Below are positions 1-13,100 of a stretch of 64,000 bases of DNA, piece after piece. This stretch comes from Lytechinus pictus (lineage: Eukaryota): assembly GCF_037042905.1 (NCBI RefSeq), contig NC_087250.1, positions 8,062,001 to 8,126,000 on the forward strand, in the 5' to 3' direction. The stretch's first letter is position 1, and each line of letters opens with the position of its first letter. The notes below the pieces were generated by a model. The model worked only from the letters and a program-made list of their open reading frames with translations, was not told the DNA's origin and searched no databases. The translations under genes were made by a program, and so were the position numbers.

Positions 1-19
1 TCTTAGGAATGAAGTTTTG

Positions 20-1018
20 ACCATATTAAATTTCACTCCATAGCCAGATGTCTAATAATAAACAAGTACTGACCAGTTTGAACTTGACCCCATGGCCATA
101 TGTCTTAATAAACAAGTACTGACCGGTTTGAACTTGACCCCATGGCCATATGTCTAATAATAAACAAGTACTGACCGGATTGAACTTGACCCCATGGCCA
201 TATGTCTAATAATAAACAAGTACTGACCGGTTTGAACTTGACCCCATGGCCATATGTCTTCATAAACAACTACTGACCAGTTTGAACTTGACCCCATGGC
301 CATATGTCTTAATAAACAAGTACTGACCGGTTTGAACTCGACCCCATGGCCATTTGTCTTCATAAACAAGGACTGACCGGTTTGAACTTGACCCCATGGC
401 CATATGTCTTAATTAACAAGTACTGACCGGTTTGAACTTGACCCCATGGCCATATGTCTTTCATAAACAAGTACTGACCAGTTTGAACTTGACCCCATGG
501 CCATATGTCTAATAATAAACAAGGACTGACCAGTTTGAACTTGACCCCATGGCCATATGTCTTTCATAAACAAGTACTGACCAGTTTGAACTTGACCCCA
601 TGGCCATATGTCTTATAATAAACAAGTACTGACCGGTTAAAACTTGACCCCATGGCCATATGTCTAATAATAAACAAGTACTGACCGGTTTGAACATGAC
701 CCCGTGGCCATATGTCTTATAATAAACAAGTACTGACCGGTATGAACTTGACCCCATGGCCATATGTCTTCATAATCTACTGACCGGTTTGAACTTGACC
801 CCATGGCCATTATCTTAATAAACAACTACTGACTGGTTTGAACTTGACCCCATAGCCAGATGTGTAGTAATAAACAAGTACTGACTGGTTTGAACTTGAC
901 CCCATGGCCATATGCCTTAATATACAAGTACGGACCAGTTTGAACTTGACTCCATGGCCATATGTTTAATAATAAACAAGTACTGACCGGTTTGAACTTG
1001 ACCCCATGGCCATATGTC
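20..1018. repeat. About 51-bp tandem array (about 19-20 copies) derived from the 3' end and donor of exon 1143-988
   Basis: Unit aataaacaagtactgaccggtttgaacttgaccccatggccatatgtct is continuous with the exon. Confidence 0.95.
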
Positions 1019-1143
1019 CATTCACCAAGGCCCGGTATGATGAAGAGGATGATGAAAATAAGAAGGGCCATCTCTCGAACAATGCTGGCTAATCCGCGGA
1101 TGGAGTTCAACGACGAGTGTCTGTAGATCCACACACGGTAAGC
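988..1143 (-). CDS. TRPA1-like exon encoding S3 and the S3-S4 loop (AYRVW...EWTYGHGVKFKP)
   Basis: catatag| and CCG|gtcagt; hydrophobic helix. Confidence 0.85.
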
Positions 1144-4100
1144 CTATATGCAAGAATCATTATTACATGTACATGTACATTACATGCCATTATATTAGCT
1201 TGTTCAATTAATAAAATATTCAATTATTCAAATAATAAATTATTTCTAATATTAAATAAGTAAAAATGTTTGATAATTGAAATGTGTAATATTTTAAATG
1301 TTTATTGACACAAAAAGTTTAATCCTAAAATAGCAGGGGTGGATCCAGGATTTTCCAAAAAGGGGACACATTATCCCGAGGAAAAATTTGACAAGCAAAA
1401 AACAAGGCAAAAGCAATTATGTGTCTCGCCCGCTTATGAAAATAACCAGAAATATCGTGATTCGCGAGGGCACGCAACAGAATTGTATCGAAACTTCATC
1501 GTGAAATGACTGGGATGGAGTAACACTTGTCATAAGAGCCTTGCACGTAAACTTAAATGTTGAGCTGAAAATGACCTTTGACCTTACCATGTGACCTCCG
1601 ACGACTGCAGCATAAGATGCAGGTCCCCCAAGTCCATCTACCATCCAAGTTTGGTTGAAAAGTGACTTACGGTCGCGGAGTTAGGTGTCATAAGAGTCTT
1701 GCATGTAAACTTTAACGTTGACCTTAAAATGACCTTTGACCTTATCATGTGACCTCCGACTGCAGCCTAACATGCAGGTCCCCCAAGTCCATCTACCATC
1801 CAAGTTTGGTTGAAAAGTGACTTACGGAGTTAGGCATCATAAGAGAGTCTTGCATGTAAACTTTAACGTTGACCTGAAAATGAACTTTGACCTTACCATG
1901 TGACCTCCGACTGCAGCATAAGATGCAGGTCCCCCAAGTCCATCTACCATCCAAGTTTGGTTGAAAAGTGACTTACGGTCGCGGAGTTAGGTGTCATAAG
2001 AGTCTTGCATGTAAACTTTAACGTTGACCTTAAAATGACCTTTGACCTTATCATGTGACCTCCGACTGCAGCCTAACATGCAGGTCCCCCAAGTCCATCT
2101 ACCATCCAAGTTTGGTTGAAAAGTGACTTACGGAGTTAGGCATCATAAGAGAGTCTTGCATGTAAACTTTAACGTTGACCTGAAAATGAACTTTGACCTT
2201 ACCATGTGACCTCCGACTGCAGCATAAGATGCAGGTCCCCCAAGTCCATCTACCATCCAAGTTTGGTTGAAAAGTGACTTACGGTCGCGGAGTTAGGTGT
2301 CACAAGAGTCTTGCATGTAAACTTTAACGTTGACCTTAAAATGACCTTTGACCTTATCATGTGACCTCCGACTGCAGCATAAGGTGCAGGTCCCCCAAGT
2401 CCGTCTACGATCCAAGTTTGGTTGAAAAGCGACTTACGGAGTTAGGCGTCATAAGAGAGTCTTGCATGTAAACTTTAACGTTGACCTGAAAATGACCTTT
2501 GACCTTACCATGTGACCTCCGACTGCAGCATAAGATGCAGGTCCCCCAAGTCCATCTACCATCAAAGTTTGGTTGAAAAGCGACCTATGGTTGTGGAGTT
2601 ATGTGTCATTAGGTTTGTGACGGACGGACGACAGACGACATTTGGATCCCTAAGTTTCGCTTTCACCTCTGGTGGGCGAGACAAAAAAGAGGTTTTCACT
2701 TTCAAAAGGGGCGGGCACACACTTCTGTGTTAACAGCATTTTTACAAAACAAAGTTTAATTGTACCTCTCAAAAAGGGGCATGGCCCAGCTTTGCCCCCC
2801 CCCCCTGGATCCGCCAGTGCCTATTAGGACTGGGCTGTTTCAGATATACTGAGTACTGTGGGACACCACAATCCCCCTTCTCATCTCAGCTGCTGTTGGC
2901 GTGACCGTGCCATAATTTGGCATGAACATTCATAAAAAAACATGAACAACGCTCAAATTCAATTCATGAAAACTTTTTTTATTGTAGATGTCATCTTTGC
3001 AATTTTATTTATAGATTTTCACAAAAAAAAGCAAAATTTCCCCTTTTTGTTTCCGGACTCGTTTATGAATTTTCTTTTTCCATTTTCAATGGAAGTCACT
3101 ACAGACCATTAAGCAACCAAATTTACCGCTAAATTGATAACTTTTTTAGGATAAAAAAATAAGAAAATTTATGATTTTTATCTTCCATTATCTTGAACAC
3201 ATTTTATTTGTGCACTCCGAAAAATTGCACGGAACATCAAGGGAATCCTTTAAGCCTTATTAAACTGATCAACAAATTTCGTCACTACACCGTCGCGCGA
3301 AATCTTTTTATTGCTCCGCTCGCTGACTTTTTACTTTCAAGTCTTGCGCATCTTTTGAGACCAAATTTGCGACGCCCGGCTACGTGGTTCCGAAATCACG
3401 CATCATTTTGTAAGAGCACGTCAGACCCAAAATTACTCAAAAACGTGATTCCGTGTATAAAGCCAATGCAAATTTAACAACCAAGAATCATAAATGTATG
3501 ATTATTTTTCTTTTGTTTGTTTAAATGGATTTTTAAAATGCTATTTATGATCGCAAAAGCGTCCCCCAACAAAGTTCAGTGGAAAAAAACATTAAAAAAC
3601 AAAGAAATACATGTATCAGACGAAAAAAAAACCAATAAAATAGATAAGAAATTAGTTATATTTTTCCAATTTTTTGTAGATATTTGTTAGAAATGTAAAC
3701 ATAGGCTCACAAAAAATTAGCTTTCTACTAGTTATATAAATTGAGTTAAAGGCAAAAAAAAAAAAAAATTATTGCAAATTTCATAAGCTTATTTGCATAA
3801 TTAATACAAAAACTAATTTTTTGAAAATATTACTATACAGTCTTGTAATGTAGTTTACATCTGGCTCTACACGCGTGCAAATTTTTGCGGCGATCGCGCA
3901 GCGACCCCCCCTCCGTATATCCTGGTCTGAAATAGCCCAGTGAAAATAGGGTTAATAAGCCAAATATTTAAAATTCAAATTGAGACACCCTTGTGAAAAG
4001 ATAGAATAAGAATTTTCTTACAAATTCTATGAAGTAGATGAGAGTGAGCACGATGATTATCCAGGTGCCGATTTGACCAAAGACAACAAGAGCCGACGGA

Positions 4101-7100
4101 TTCATGTTGTCGAGCCACTTGGTGCGCCCATCGGCCAACCACGTGTAGTTGGTGCCGTCTTCGTTTGTTTCTATGTAGAACGGCGGAGGAATGACCAGGC
4201 TATGTCCGGTCACCAGGATCACCAAGGTCAGCTGGAGGAACAGACTGATCCAGTATTTGAGCCGCGTTGATTTGTTCTTGTAGCGGAACATCAGGCGCAC
4301 GACCGGGTGATTTAGGAGCATTTTACTCTCGTCTTTCTGGATCTAAAAGAGGATAAAAATAAAGATGATGACGATGATAATAATAAAGCAATATTGACTG
4401 GCCTCGGGGCGCTATGACATATATCGCCCAAACTAGATTTATATCGCCCGAGTCGTAGACGAGGGTGATATCAATTTTAGTGGGGGCGAGATATGTCCTT
4501 TTGCCCCCAGGCCAGTCAATATTGCTATTATTAACCAAATCAGACATCTAGAGCAAAAATCGTTAAAATTCAGATATTTTAGAGTTTAAGAATGGGAATC
4601 TATTTTTGTCATCTTGAGCAGACTGGGCCTCAGAACTTTACCACTGTGATGTAATTGAAATGATGTGTCCCCGGCCTGGGGACGCAGAATCCAACATTGT
4701 CTCAACTTGATTAACATCGTGACGTATAGCACTGTGTGATTCATGGACGCTTACAAAAACGCGTAGAATACGGGGATGTTAGCTCTCTGCCTTATTGCCC
4801 GCTACATTTACACGCATTTTCTCATAGACTTTCCTGAGCGGGCAATAAATTTGTCTGTGGTTAAACAAGTGGAAACCGACCAACCACTTGATCACACTCT
4901 TAAGCAGGCAACAATGTATGAAAGCTACCCTGCTCAGATGTCTGATACGGTTAATGATAATACATATAATAATGATAATCATTACTATCATTATTTCTTT
5001 TTATCAATCTATGATATAATGATAAACATGAGGCGCTGATTATCTGGTTACACTTCGTAATTCTGAAGGTTCGTAATTCCAAAACACGTAAATTGCCTAT
5101 ACCTCGATGTTCGTTAATCCGAAAACGTAAAAGGGTTCGTTAATCCGAACATTTGTGGCGTTGTTCCGAAGGTTCGTTTTTTTCGAAGGTTCGAAAATCC
5201 GAAAACGAAATAAGGTTCGATGTTCCGAAGGTTCGTTAATCCAAAAACGAAATAAGGTTCGTTGTTCCGAAGGTTCGTTAATCCGAAAACGAAAAAGGTT
5301 CGTTAATCATTTCGTTTTCGGACTAACGAACCTTCGGAATTACGAACCTCATTACGTTTTCGGATTAACGAACCTTCGGAATTACGAACCTCATTTCGTT
5401 TTCAGATTAACGAACCTTCGGAATTACGAACTTTCGGAATTGCGAACCTTCGGAAATACGAACCTTCGGAATAACCGAACCTTCGGAATAACGAAGCTTC
5501 GGAATTACGAATGTATGCGGATTATCTAGTTCACTTTTCAGTGGCAAACTATATATTACGCCGGCTTTAGCTCGAGCTGCTTGAAGGCGCATTCAAGGAA
5601 TCAAGCCTGCTGGTTACCCATTCATCTCACCTGGGTTGAGTGCAGCACAATGTGAATCAACTTCTTGCTGAGGAAATTATGCCATGGCTGGGATCTGAAC
5701 ACATGACCCTCTGTTTCAAAGGTGAGGGTCAGAACCACTAGACCACAACGCTACAATATATACATGGAAATGTTTCCTCAACTGGCTAAACACAAAGAAA
5801 TTAACCATAAAGAAATGCATTCGTTGTCATGACAAAATAAATTAAAAAGCATAATGTAAATATTAACGAAAAAAAGACACATCACATGTTTACAATTTTC
5901 ATTTCCTTCTTCGGTGTTTTTTATCCATATATGAACAATATGTATAAAAATCTATCATTTCCCATAAAAAATTATTGAGGCAGTATTAACTAGTATTTAT
6001 CACCAGTATTACTAGACCCACTCCTGCTAATCCTGTTTATGATATCAACTAATGATTTAAAGCTCCTCTTGTGAAAGACCTGCAAAGTGTGAACGGACCA
6101 TTAGGGTGAATCTTGTTACATACCATGAGCCTTATTGGATGATTCTGAGCTCGGTAGACGGGGTCGGTCACATATATTACTGCGTTCTCTTTCAATCTCC
6201 CATCACTGTAGAAATTGGAGTCCTTTTGTACGAACAATAGGAAAATAAACAATTTCAGTCAAAATCATATCCCCATAAATGGTAGCAAAGAAAATTTCCA
6301 AGTAAAGCATATAACATATCTAATATATGATGAGCTCAATTGCAAAAAGGGGTTTGATCCATTTTTCATCAAATTTGATTTTTTTTTTGTCTCAATGTAT
6401 AGGGTTTTAGTAGCTCTCTAAGATGATACCAAAGAAAAGTTGAAATTCACATTAAAAAGTGAACAAAATTGGCAAAGAAAAATCACCTTTTTAGATCCAT
6501 TTCAGTTTGTTTGCAAAAGGGGCTAGATCCACAAAGGTAATTTTTGGAGAAAAAAAAAATATGCAGACAGGCAGAATTCTCTTATACCCAATTTTATGTT
6601 CACATGGTAGGGTATTTTATCATGACAATTTAGTTTCGCGTAAGAATATTGCAATATGGTAGAATAAAAAAACAAAACTCTAAATCAATTGGCACCTGAA
6701 TATCTTAATAATACCATCAAATTATACACACCCTCTCGTAATCTTCGTTCAATCACTGACACATGCAGACTTTGCATTCCCTTGTCAAAACTCTCCTCTG
6801 CCGAAAAACGTTTTGCTGTAGCAGCTGCCAAGACTTGGAATGCTATCCCTCTTTCAATAAGAAATGCTTCCAGTGTTCTTGGCTTCAAATCTTCCCTTAA
6901 GACATAACTTTTTCCTCAATAATGAATTTCCCTTTTTATCTTGAATATTGTAGTTGTTAAATTATTATTCATACATTGTACGCGCTATGGTACTTTTTGT
7001 TTTTAGCGCCTCTAAATATCCATTATTATTATAATTATTATTATAAAAAAAAAAATTCTTGGAATGGTCTGACGTGGATCTAACCCCTTTTGCAAATAAA

Positions 7101-10100
7101 TACTTCTTGAATGTTTTCATTTGAATATCATTCATGTATCACCATGCAATCTTCCATTTGTTATCAAAGGTGAATTTCAATGAACATTTTAACCAATTAT
7201 TGAATGTAAACGTATAAGTAAAACATGGAATGCAGACCTGCCAACCTCTGGGAATGAAAAACTGTATTCTGTGAAAAAAAAACTGTATTTTCAAAAAAAA
7301 AAAAATCCTGTTTATGATATCAACTAATGATTTAAAGCTCCTCTTGTGAAAGACCTGCAAAGTGTGAACGGACCATTAGGGTGAATCTTGTTACATACCA
7401 TGAGCCTTATTGGATGATTCTGAGCTCGGTAGACGGGGTCGGTCACATATATTACTGCGTTCTCTTTCAATCTCCCATCACTGTGTATTTCATAATAAAA
7501 TACTTGGCGCACTCGCTCATCGCGGCGCTCAAGCTGCATGCAAGCTAAAATGCGCACTGCTCTTGCAGATGGAAAAAAAATATATATTAAAACATGTGTA
7601 TATCTTCACCCTGGTTTTAACAAAATGATTGAAAAAAAAAAAAGTTACCTGAAATTACATTGATCTAATAACCATGTTTGTGACGTTTTATGAAATAGAG
7701 ACATATAGAGATTATTTTTCTCAATAAATTACGATTTAGTAAAAAAAAAAATTATTTTAATTATTATTTTTTTTTGCAAAAACGTACTAAATACGGCTAA
7801 AACGTACTGGTTGGCAGGTCTGGGAATGTTAAAGGCTTGCTGGGGAAATTTCATTATATTGTAAATACAATGGCTTTTAACTCAGTAAATAAAATCGCAT
7901 TGATCGATCCTTCTGATAAGTCTGAAAAAAAATCTATGAACCAGCAGGATTTGAAGCTCTCATCTACGGATTGCCAGTCAGCATATAACTAGGTTGAAAG
8001 CCATAAGTTGTATTTACAATATAATGAAACTTCCCCAGCAAGCCTTTAACATTCCTATTCATCGTCCATGGTGGACTAATATAAGAATGCATGTCAGATT
8101 GAATCAGGGGAACGGAGGGCTTTGTTCTTATTTCATCGTGACTGTGCCATGGACCAGTGATGGCCCGGTGGTACAGCCGCTGACCGGCAATCAGTAGATG
8201 AGAGGTTCAAATCCTGCTGGTTCCTCGATTTTTTTTTTGACTTATCAAATAGATCGATCAATGTGATCTTATTTACTGGATTGAAAGCCAATAAATTGTA
8301 TTACATATACTACACTACAAATTGGACGCATCCAAGAATGACACATCAATGGTAACTCTGGGCCCCGTCTTACAATGAGTTATGATTGATCTGATCAATC
8401 AAAACTATGGACGACCAGCAACGTAAACATCTATTATGCATGTTTGTTCAAAATATTTTCTAGCTATGATGTAAATTCATGCATTCATTATTTTCTTGAA
8501 AATTCACCGTGCTTCTCTTTGCATACAAAAGACATTGTGCAATTTTTTTAAAGAAAAAAGTTATGACACTGATGGATTTCCATAGAGTTATGATTGATCG
8601 TAACTCTTTGTAAGACGGGCCCAGGCTTCGCGATCTGACATGAGAATTGGGTAATCATGTAAGAAATTATTTGTATCCTACATATATGTAATTAATAAAA
8701 TTTAAAGGTCTCCGTCCTCTTGTTTTATGAGGGAGGCGCAACAAAAAGTACATCAGAAATAACTTCCTTCTCACTACGAAAACAGTGACCAGCAAATCTC
8801 GTACTACAGTTAATTACTGAGGAGGAGATAGGTGGGATTTCTTGCAGAAGGAAAAGACGCCATGGCTGGGACTTGAACCCACGTCCCTCTGATTGAAAGA
8901 CGAGAGTCGTGACCACTAGACCACGGCACCCCCTGACAGAAGTTATAAGCTACTGTGAATCCTTGCGCTCGATTGGCTGGGAGCTAATTAGTCAGTGAAT
9001 ACACCATGAAGTCCTCTCCATGGTCTTGTTTCACAAAGATTTAAGTATGACTTTAAGTCACACTTTAATGCTGACACGTACATGATATGCAACGCGCGAT
9101 CTTATTGATCACTACGCAGTAGTGCGCATCCTCTTGGCATGATCTGACCAATGTGGTCATGCCTTTTATGCCGCACGCAACGAGGCATTTAAGTGCGACT
9201 CTGATTAGGGGGTGTTGCAAGAAAATATTTGCAATCGATTGCAAATATTCTGTTGCAATCTTACAACTGATAGATCAAGTTTAATTGTAGCAAAGGAGAT
9301 CACACTCCATGTTTCGAGAAGCAGATTAGAAATCAATCACAGATTTGCAATTAATTGCAGGATATATGATTGATTTAGGCTCAAATAATAGACCTGCAAT
9401 TGATCGCAAGTTTCTTGCAGCACCCGATATGTCATACAGTACTCTTTGTGAAGCCCCCTGTAGTAATAACAAACTTAGCAAATTAAATTGAATGATTCCT
9501 GTGACTTTAAAGAGAAATTCCAGTATTTGCAGTAAACACTGATTTCATGAGAAAGTCTGTAAAACAAGGCTTAATTGTCAGTATATCATCGAGGATCTAG
9601 ATCTGGTACAGTTACATAAACTGAACTTTGTGAAATCTTGAAATCTACGCTGAAAAATGTTCACACTGAAGATCACCAACACAGATAGGCACACGTGGGA
9701 CAGTGTATTATTATTGCTAAAATAAAGACCCGACGGAAGTGACCGAATCCGCGCTTATTTTGCTTATTTCTCAGCAATTACACAATTTCTTCCAGAATCC
9801 TTTGGCACATATTTTTTATTCATACAAACAGACACTTAGGTGGTCATTATATTAGATTCTGTAAAAAGTCATTTTTAGATCGTTACCAAAACTGGAATTT
9901 ATCTTTAAAGTTGTTATTGTAAATTTGTTATCGTAAGTTTTATGACACCCTCCATGGGTCTTACCGATTCTTCTGCATCGTCGAGGTGGTAGTCCGCAGT
10001 CCCAAGTTGGCTGATCGTACGCATCAACATCCCGTAACCTCTATCAGCAAAGTTCCCTCGGCTTCCTGTAACAAATCACGAAGGGTAAAATATTGGATTT

Positions 10101-13100
10101 CTGTTAACCCTAGTGAAATAGGCCTGGAGCAGATCATGGATTTTCCATAAGGGGGAAATAAAGCCTTCACTCTTGGATGAAGGTTAGTTATGTCACAAAA
10201 GATTTGACAAGAAAAAAAAAAGGGTTTCATTTCAGCATGCCCCATATTTTCCATCCGAATATCTTTTTATTGCTGTCAAAAGGAGAGATCCATCACTGAG
10301 GTAGGCTCTCAGTACAAAAATAATAAATAATAATACAGGATTTGTATCGCGCACATACATGTATCCACCTTGCTAGGTACTCCTGTCGGTACCCATTAAA
10401 CTCCCCCGGGTTGAGTGCAGCACAATGTGGGTAAATTTCTTTGGAATGGAACCCATGTCCTTCAGAATGAAAGACAAGAGTCTTAACCACTAGACCACGA
10501 CGCCCCACAAAGGGGCATTAAAACTTTTCCCACCAGCAGCGATGTATAGTGCCACTTAAAGTCCTCAACAAATTTAATCTGGCCAGTTTCTGAACCCATA
10601 ATGCAACATTTTGTGCAGCATATTCCTTTAAATAACCTCACATCTGAAAACCAATACAAATTCATTCTGCCGACCCATTTTATAAAACAAATGATGCACG
10701 ACGTGAATTGAAATGAATGAATGGAAGATACATGTATCTTACTAGGGGTTGGTGAGGTTCGCATCCAAATCCGAAAACCAAAACAAATTCATTCGACCGA
10801 CCCATTTTATAAAACAAATGATGCAAGATGTGAATTGAAATGAATGAATGGAAGATTTCTTATTAGGGGTTGGTGAGGTTTGCATCCAAATTCATTCTAC
10901 CGACCCATTTTATAAAACAAATGATGCATGATGTGAATTGAAATGAATGAATGGAAGATATCTTACTACGGGTTGGTGAGGTTTGCATCCCAGTCCGAAA
11001 AACAATACAAATTCATTCTGCCGACCGTTCTTATAAAACCAATGATGCACGATGTGAATTGAAATGAATGAATGGAAGATATCTTACTACGGGTTGGTGA
11101 GGTTTGCATCCCAGTCCGAAAAACAATACAAATTCATTCTGCCGACCGTTCTTATAAAACCAATAATGCACGTTGTGGAAATGAAATAAGATATCTTACT
11201 AGAGGTTGGTGAGGTTTGCATCCAATCAGAAAACCAGTCCTCAAGGAGCTCATAGTCGACTTTGATCTTTACCGATGTTGTGTCGTCCATGTCTGTATCT
11301 GTCAGTCTTGTGATGCATTTATCAAGGACAAAACGACAGACACCTGAAATAAAAAAAGATCAAGTTACAGAATTCATTATCATTTCAAAATGATTTAAGC
11401 ATTGGGATTCACCATGTGAATAGTCGTGAATAGGAATGATGGGTTTGGTGTAATAAATGTAAGAAAATGAAAGAGGTATAGAGGAATTGAGAGGCATAAA
11501 GGCAAATAGTAGAGTGGTAATTAGTACAGTATCATTTCTTGGACACAAGTTCTGAAGAGAGAGAAATATTCAGATGAGACTGGGAGATAAAAAGGAAAAA
11601 AAAATGGTTGATTGAAGTAGGCAAGTGGGGATGATGTTTGTAATAATGGTGATGATGATGGTGGTGATGAAGATGGTGGTGATGATGATGATGGTGGTGA
11701 TGATGGTGATGATGATGGTGGGGATGATAATGATTGTGGTGATGATGATGATGATGGTGATGATGATGCTTGTGGTGATGATGATGGTAATGATGATGAT
11801 GATGGTGATTATGATGGTGATGATGATGTTGGTGATGATGATGATGGTGATGATGATTGTAATAATGGTGTTGATGAAGATGACGGTCATGATAATGATG
11901 ATGATGGTGGTGGTGATGATGCTGATGATGATGTTGATGACAATGGTGATGATGATGGCGATACTGATAATGATGATGACAGTGGTGCTTGTGATGACGA
12001 TGACAATGTGACTTACCTGGCATAGTTGTGATGAGTTTCCTCATGGGGGTAGTTTTGTTTGCTCCTTCGCCGGTAGAGTGAGTCATCAGATACCGCCACT
12101 TCTCTTGTGATAACAGAGTTACGGCAACCATTCTATTGGCCAAAAAAAAAATTCATTCAAATTAATTATTTATCAGGAAGCATTGTGGTGTGCTTGTAAA
12201 ATAAAATTTACATTCTAACAGTGCTTTTAATAGTACATGTAGCTAATCAAAATCATTGCAAAGATATGTTCCACTGCAACCTACTCATGATTACAGATAG
12301 AATGGTCCAAGCAATTCCTTCTCTTCACATCGCACTCTAAGAACTCCGTTTTGATTGGCTGCTGAGGCATGATACCATGGTGATGGGGCTCAGCAGCCAA
12401 TCAAAATCATGGTTACATGGTAAGCTTATGCTCTACTGCAACCTACTCATGATTATGGATAGCATGGTCCAAGCAAGTTCTTCTCTTCGAATCAAATTCT
12501 AAGAACTTGATATTTATCAATATATGTTTGTTATATGTTTGTATTTTTGTTGTAGGGCCTCCAAGGACAACATTATACCAATTACTGATGGAGCCACCCT
12601 ACTAAAAAAAGACTTATAAATAAATAAATAAATAAATTTATTGGCTGTTGAGTCAGTTTACCATGGCAATGGGGATCGCCAGCCAATCAAAATCATGTTT
12701 ACATGGCAGAATATAAGTGCCACTTACTCATGACCATTACGGATAGCATGGTCCAAGCAATTCCTCCCCTTCGCGTCACACTCAAAGAACTTGATTTGAT
12801 CCTGATCCTGCTCAAAGAGCATCTCCACAATCAGAATATTCCCTATCTTACAAGCATACATCAATGGGGTCATCTGCACAAGGTCAAAGGTCAACAAGGT
12901 CATTACAAATGGTACAAGTTGGAGGTAAGATAATCATTTAGCAATCATTTCATGAGCATGGAAGCAGACTTCAAGAAAATTTCTTACTTTATAGGCGTTA
13001 CATAAACAGGGTCATCTACACGAGGTCAAACAAGGTCATTACAAATTACGAGTATTTGAAGATGCATTAGTAGTTGGTGTTACATGTATTTCCTGGCTAA

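Noticed and set aside
20..1018. CRISPR-like regular repeat array
   Set aside because: No unique spacers, eukaryotic intronic context, no cas genes; the unit derives from the adjacent exon. The same holds for the 119-bp array.
5155..5592. ORFs with RNSEGSL/FGLTNLR repeats (also at 24.7-25.0 kb and 43.4-44.0 kb)
   Set aside because: Translations of MITE subrepeats bounded by TSDs.
5690..5752. tRNA genes at the SINE heads
   Set aside because: Degenerate stems with an attached shared SINE body indicate SINEs, not functional tRNAs.
7399..7480. Copy at 7480-7399 as the genuine or a mutually exclusive exon
   Set aside because: Its acceptor is phase 2 while the upstream exon ends in phase 0, and it lies inside a TIR element. 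The 6222-6124 copy fits the frame.
8100..8640. Additional TRPA1-like exon between 9965 and 6222
   Set aside because: Candidate AG sites give no TRPA-like peptide, and the phases already match without an extra exon.
11532..12143. 203-aa poly-histidine ORF
   Set aside because: It is a real 116-nt exon read through its GT donor into a (CAT)n microsatellite; the other frames give poly-I/T or poly-M/V.
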